Below, one piece after another: positions 7,177 to 11,030 of a stretch of 11,030 nucleotides of DNA (its first letter is position 1; every line of letters begins with the position of its first letter). This DNA is from an uncultured Janthinobacterium sp. (GTDB lineage: Bacteria; Vulcanimicrobiota; Vulcanimicrobiia; Vulcanimicrobiales; Vulcanimicrobiaceae): NCBI GenBank assembly GCA_964658025.1, contig CAZZXB010000019.1, forward strand, positions 7,177 through 18,206, written 5' to 3'. The position numbers and the translations under genes were made by a program. Under the pieces are notes generated by a model. It was not told where the DNA came from, did no database searches, and saw only the letters and a list, made by a program, of their open reading frames with translations.

Positions 7177-8397
7177 ATGAGAGCCGTCGTCTACAAAAAA
7201 CAACAGAGCGTCGCCGTCGAACAGGTCGCGGATCCGAAAATCGAAGATCCGACCGATGCGGTCGTACGTCTGACGACTTCCGCGATCTGCGGAAGCGATC
7301 TTCACATGTACGAGGGCCGGGCGCCGGTGGAATCGGGTCTCGTCTTCGGTCACGAAAATATGGGCGTGATCGAAGCGGTCGGACCGGCGGTGCAGTCGCT
7401 CAAAGTCGGCGATCGCGTCGTCCTGCCGTTCAACATCGGATGCGGGTTTTGTTTCAATTGCGAGCGCGCGTTTCCGAACGCGTGTCTCACGCTCAATCCC
7501 GATGCCGCGGGTGCCGGATACGGATACTCCGGACTCGGGCCGTTCCCGGGCGGTCAGGCGGAATTACTGCGCGTGCCGTTCGCCGATTTCAATTGCCTTT
7601 CGCTTCCCGGTAAGCCGGGCGACGCGTTCGAAGACGATTTCGTGCTCCTCGCCGACATCTTCCCGACGGGCTATCACGCGACCGAACAGGCGCACGTGGG
7701 GCCCGGCGACACGGTCGCGATCTTCGGTGCGGGTCCCGTCGGTTTGCTCGCGGCGCTGTCGGCCGAGATTCGCGGAGCTTCGGAGATCTACGTCGTCGAC
7801 AACGTCCCCGAGCGCCTCGCGCTCGTGAAGAACGTCGCGCGCGCGGTCGCCGTCGATACGTCGAAGGGCGATCCGGTCGCGCAGATCTTCGCACTCCGCG
7901 AGCGTCTGCACGGCGACGCCGCCGATACGCGAGGCCGACCGATCGCGAAGATGCCGGGTGTGATGTGCGGTATCGATGCGATCGGCTATCAGGCGTCGAC
8001 GCACGGAAAAGACGATCGTTCGAGCCCGAGCCAGGTGCTCGACGACGTGATCCGCGTGACGAATCCGACGGGACACGTCGGACTGATCGGCGTGTACTTC
8101 CCCGAAGATCCGGGCGCGCCGAACGACGCCGAGAAACACGGTCACTACACGCTCTCGCTCGGCGAGGCGTGGAACAAGGGACTGAGCATCGAGATGGGCC
8201 AGGCTCCGGTGAAGCGCTACAATCGCTACCTCCGCGATCTGATCGTCGCGGGTCGAGCGAAGCCGAGCTTCATCGTCAGCCATCATCTGCCGCTCGAGGA
8301 CGCCCCGAGCGCATACGAAAAATTCGACGCGCGTTCGGACGGCTACACGAAGGTATTGCTCAAGCCGCAACTCGGGACCAAGCCGAGCAAGAACTAA
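7177..8397 (+). CDS. fdhA: Glutathione-independent formaldehyde dehydrogenase-like zinc-dependent dehydrogenase (MDR family), 406 aa
   Basis: Catalytic Zn ligands ICGSDLH, GHE and DIFPTGY (Asp as third ligand); structural Zn CGFCFNC-x7-C; NAD-binding GAGPVG; IDAIGYQA. ATG 7177 follows GGGAGA. Actual substrate is not provable from sequence. Confidence 0.88.
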   Translation: MRAVVYKKQQSVAVEQVADPKIEDPTDAVVRLTTSAICGSDLHMYEGRAPVESGLVFGHENMGVIEAVGPAVQSLKVGDRVVLPFNIGCGFCFNCERAFPNACLTLNPDAAGAGYGYSGLGPFPGGQAELLRVPFADFNCLSLPGKPGDAFEDDFVLLADIFPTGYHATEQAHVGPGDTVAIFGAGPVGLLAALSAEIRGASEIYVVDNVPERLALVKNVARAVAVDTSKGDPVAQIFALRERLHGDAADTRGRPIAKMPGVMCGIDAIGYQASTHGKDDRSSPSQVLDDVIRVTNPTGHVGLIGVYFPEDPGAPNDAEKHGHYTLSLGEAWNKGLSIEMGQAPVKRYNRYLRDLIVAGRAKPSFIVSHHLPLEDAPSAYEKFDARSDGYTKVLLKPQLGTKPSKN

Positions 8398-8414
8398 CGC
8401 TCGACGACGACCAG

Positions 8415-8447
8415 GCGGAGGCATCGCTCGAACGAGCGGGCCTCCGC
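8415..8447 (+). terminator. GC-rich hairpin downstream of the dehydrogenase (terminator-like or mRNA-stabilising)
   Basis: GCGGAGGC (8415-8422)/GCCTCCGC (8440-8447) enclosing CGCTCG/CGAGCG; no clean U-tract. Confidence 0.5.
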
Positions 8448-8523
8448 TCGCCTTCGGTTTCGGAAGATGCGCGGCGTCGTGCGTTGCGGGTGCTCGATTT
8501 TCGAACGAGGAAGCGCGCGTCGC

Positions 8524-11030
8524 ATGAAGATCTTCACACGTGCGTTGCTCGTCGCGTTACTCGCTTTTCTCGGATATGCCCCCGCGGCCGCCGACGGTGC
8601 GGCGGGCGATCCGGTGCCGTATGCGAGCTTCGTCGTCGGCGCGGAAGCGCAGCGCGGGCTCTTCACGGTCTGGCACAAGGGCGGCAAGGTGTATCTCGAA
8701 CTCGCCGCCGCGCAGCTCGATCGCGATTTCGTACAGACGATCGTACCGTCGTCCGGCCTCGGCGGCGATTTTCTCGTATGGGGAAACACGGACCATCTGC
8801 CCGCCGAGATCGTCCGCTTCGAGCGCGCGGGGAATCAAGTCGCGATCGTATGGCCGAATCCGGCGTTCGTCGCGCCGACGTCGCCCGCCGCGCGGGTCGC
8901 GCTCGACGCGAGCATCCCGCGCTCGATCGTCGGGCTCGCATCGATCGCGGCGGTCGACGCGAAATCGGGCGCGGTCGTCATCGATGCGTCGCCCTTCCTC
9001 GCCGACCAACTCGATCTCAAAGCGGTGATCGCGCAGAGCACGAAGCCCGCGCCCGGAAAGCCCGCGGGCGCGCCGTACGCGCTCGACGCCACCCGAACGT
9101 ATTTCGGCAAGACGAAGGCGTTTCCGAACAACGTCGTTCTCGAGGCGATGCAATCGTGGACCTCGGACGACCAGCACCTCCAAGACGTCGCCGCCGATCC
9201 GCGCCACCTGCAGATGCGCGTCACCTATAATATCGCCGAGCCTCCCGGCGACGCCGATTATCGCCCGCGGTACGCCGACGATCGCATGGGCATCTACGAC
9301 GACATCTACGACGAGTTCGACAACGACGAGGTGCTCACGCGCAAACTCCGCTACATCGTGCGTTGGAACCTCCGCCCCTCCGATCCGAGTAAGAAGCTCT
9401 CGCCCGCGAAGCACCCGATGATCTTCACGATGAGCGATTCGATCCCGGAAAAATATCGACCGGCGATCGCGCGCGCCGTGCTCACCTGGAATCGCGCGTT
9501 CGAGAAGATCGGCATCTCGGACGCGCTCCGAGTCGTGCCGCAACCGAAAGATCCGAATTTCGATCCCGACGACATCCGCTACAACATGCTGCGCTGGGTG
9601 ACGGAGCAGCGCGCGAGTTTCGGCGCGGATTCGCAGACGCTCTTCGATCCGCGCACGGGTCAGGAATTTCGCACGGGCATCCTGATCTCGTCGGACGTTC
9701 CGAGCGGAGCGCTTCGCGAATGGAAATATTTCATCGATCCCGTGCGCAACGGCCGCGTGACCGATCCGATGCCGCAAAAATTTCTCGACGACGTCTGGTC
9801 GTCCGTGATCCTGCACGAGACGGGTCACAATCTCGGGATGCAGCACAATTTCATCGGCTCGCTCGCGTACACGGCGAAAGAGTTGCAAGATCCCGCGTTC
9901 ACGGCGAAGTACGGCATCGCGTCGACCGTCATGGAGTATTCGCCGACGAATCTCTGGCCGCGCGCGTTCGGGCAAGGCGACTACGAGCAAACGGTTCTCG
10001 GGCCGTACGACTATCACGCGATGCGCTGGGCCTACGGCGCGATACCCGGCGCTACGACGCCCGAAGCCGAGCGTCCGGCGCTCGAGCGGCTCGCCGCCGA
10101 CTGGTCCGATCCGACCTACCGTTACGCCTCCGACGAGGACGTTTCGTGGGCCGACGGGCACGCCGCCGACCCGCGCAGCGAGCAGGGCGATCTCACGAAC
10201 GATCCGCTCGCCTGGTGCGCGACGCAACTCCGCATGGATCGCGATCTCATGAACGGGCTCGACGCGTTCTTCCCGAGTAACGGTGCGGCATACGAAGACG
10301 AGACCGACGCGTTTCGGTCGACCTTCGGAAATTACGGCCGGTGCGCGACGATGCCCGCGCACTTCATCGGCGGCCAGTATCTCTCGCGCGCGCATCGCGG
10401 CGATCCCGGCGCGGAGGCGCCGATCGTCCCGGTTCCGCGAGCCGAGCAGTACCGAGCGTTCGCGATGCTCGACGCGTACGTGTTCTCGGCGAAGGCGTGG
10501 CAGCTGCCGCCCGCGCTCCTCTCGCATCTCGGCTACAGCGAGTGGGCCGGGTACGGTTACGTGAACTTCGAGGGTTACGGAAATCTGCCGCAGTGGGCCT
10601 ACGATCCGCCGCAGCGACACGATTATTCGCTCGCGACGCACGTCGGCGCGATGCAGCAGAGCGTGCTCGACGAACTCTTCTCCGCACCCGTGCTCGCGCG
10701 CATCGCCGACGGCGCGCGCGAGTCGGGCGACGCGCGCGCGACGACGATCGGCGACGTGTTCGCGTGGATGCAGAAGAGCGCGTTCTCCGACATCGCCGCC
10801 GGCACGATCGATCCGCTCCGTCGCTCGCTGCAACACCGCTACGCGGAATTACTCGTTCGGTTGGCGCGGGCGCCCGGGGCGGGGATGCCCGAAGACGCGC
10901 AGGCGCTCGCGCGCTACGAGCTCGCGGATCTCGCGCGCCGCACGGCGTCGCGCGCGCACGCGGGCGGCGACACGGAGACCCTCGCCCATCGCGCGTGGCT
11001 GCACGCGACCGCCTCGAACGCGCTCGTCGC
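8524..11030 (+). CDS. Secreted zinc-dependent metalloprotease (metzincin, DUF5117/DUF4953 EcxA-like), partial at 3' end
   Basis: ATG 8524, signal peptide MKIFTRALLVALLAFLGYAPAAA, GLFTVWHKGGKVYLE, KAFPNNV, YRPRYADDRMG, WNRAFEKIG, DIRYNMLRW, DPRTGQ, Zn motif HETGHNLGMQH (9814-9846), Met-turn STVMEY, LGPYD. Open to the window end (835 codons). Confidence 0.92.
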   Translation, partial: MKIFTRALLVALLAFLGYAPAAADGAAGDPVPYASFVVGAEAQRGLFTVWHKGGKVYLELAAAQLDRDFVQTIVPSSGLGGDFLVWGNTDHLPAEIVRFERAGNQVAIVWPNPAFVAPTSPAARVALDASIPRSIVGLASIAAVDAKSGAVVIDASPFLADQLDLKAVIAQSTKPAPGKPAGAPYALDATRTYFGKTKAFPNNVVLEAMQSWTSDDQHLQDVAADPRHLQMRVTYNIAEPPGDADYRPRYADDRMGIYDDIYDEFDNDEVLTRKLRYIVRWNLRPSDPSKKLSPAKHPMIFTMSDSIPEKYRPAIARAVLTWNRAFEKIGISDALRVVPQPKDPNFDPDDIRYNMLRWVTEQRASFGADSQTLFDPRTGQEFRTGILISSDVPSGALREWKYFIDPVRNGRVTDPMPQKFLDDVWSSVILHETGHNLGMQHNFIGSLAYTAKELQDPAFTAKYGIASTVMEYSPTNLWPRAFGQGDYEQTVLGPYDYHAMRWAYGAIPGATTPEAERPALERLAADWSDPTYRYASDEDVSWADGHAADPRSEQGDLTNDPLAWCATQLRMDRDLMNGLDAFFPSNGAAYEDETDAFRSTFGNYGRCATMPAHFIGGQYLSRAHRGDPGAEAPIVPVPRAEQYRAFAMLDAYVFSAKAWQLPPALLSHLGYSEWAGYGYVNFEGYGNLPQWAYDPPQRHDYSLATHVGAMQQSVLDELFSAPVLARIADGARESGDARATTIGDVFAWMQKSAFSDIAAGTIDPLRRSLQHRYAELLVRLARAPGAGMPEDAQALARYELADLARRTASRAHAGGDTETLAHRAWLHATASNALV

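Noticed and set aside
7965..9230. 421-aa + strand ORF bridging dehydrogenase and metzincin
   Set aside because: Off-frame to both genes, Arg-rich, no motifs; both real genes have proper ends or starts, so no frameshift is needed.
8557..10836. 759-aa minus-strand ORF
   Set aside because: In-register antisense shadow of the metzincin gene.
1..11030. CRISPR array, tRNA/rRNA, IS or phage genes, selenocysteine recoding
   Set aside because: No regularly spaced repeats, cloverleaf, or transposase/integrase motifs seen; TGA stops fall at the expected protein ends.

Overview
High-GC, CpG-rich bacterial DNA from a diderm organism. The gene content and CTC/GTC/GAA codon style resemble Ca. Eremiobacterota (inference only). 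Six main genes: (1) a minus-strand secreted hypothetical protein starting at 1221, absent from the ORF track; (2) a siroheme/[4Fe-4S] sulfite (or nitrite) reductase hemoprotein; (3) a TonB-dependent receptor followed by an intrinsic terminator; (4) a minus-strand secreted trypsin-like serine protease whose only two cysteines form a CxxCH motif next to the catalytic GDSG; (5) a glutathione-independent formaldehyde dehydrogenase-like Zn-ADH; (6) a large secreted metzincin running off the right edge, also absent from the ORF track. The first ~215 nt look like a mosaic of two unrelated gene fragments (KdpD-like kinase on +, ferritin-like on -), probably an assembly chimera. No rRNA, tRNA, CRISPR array or mobile element was seen. 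Best leads: the CxxCH protease and an inverted repeat covering both ribosome-binding regions upstream of the sulfite reductase.
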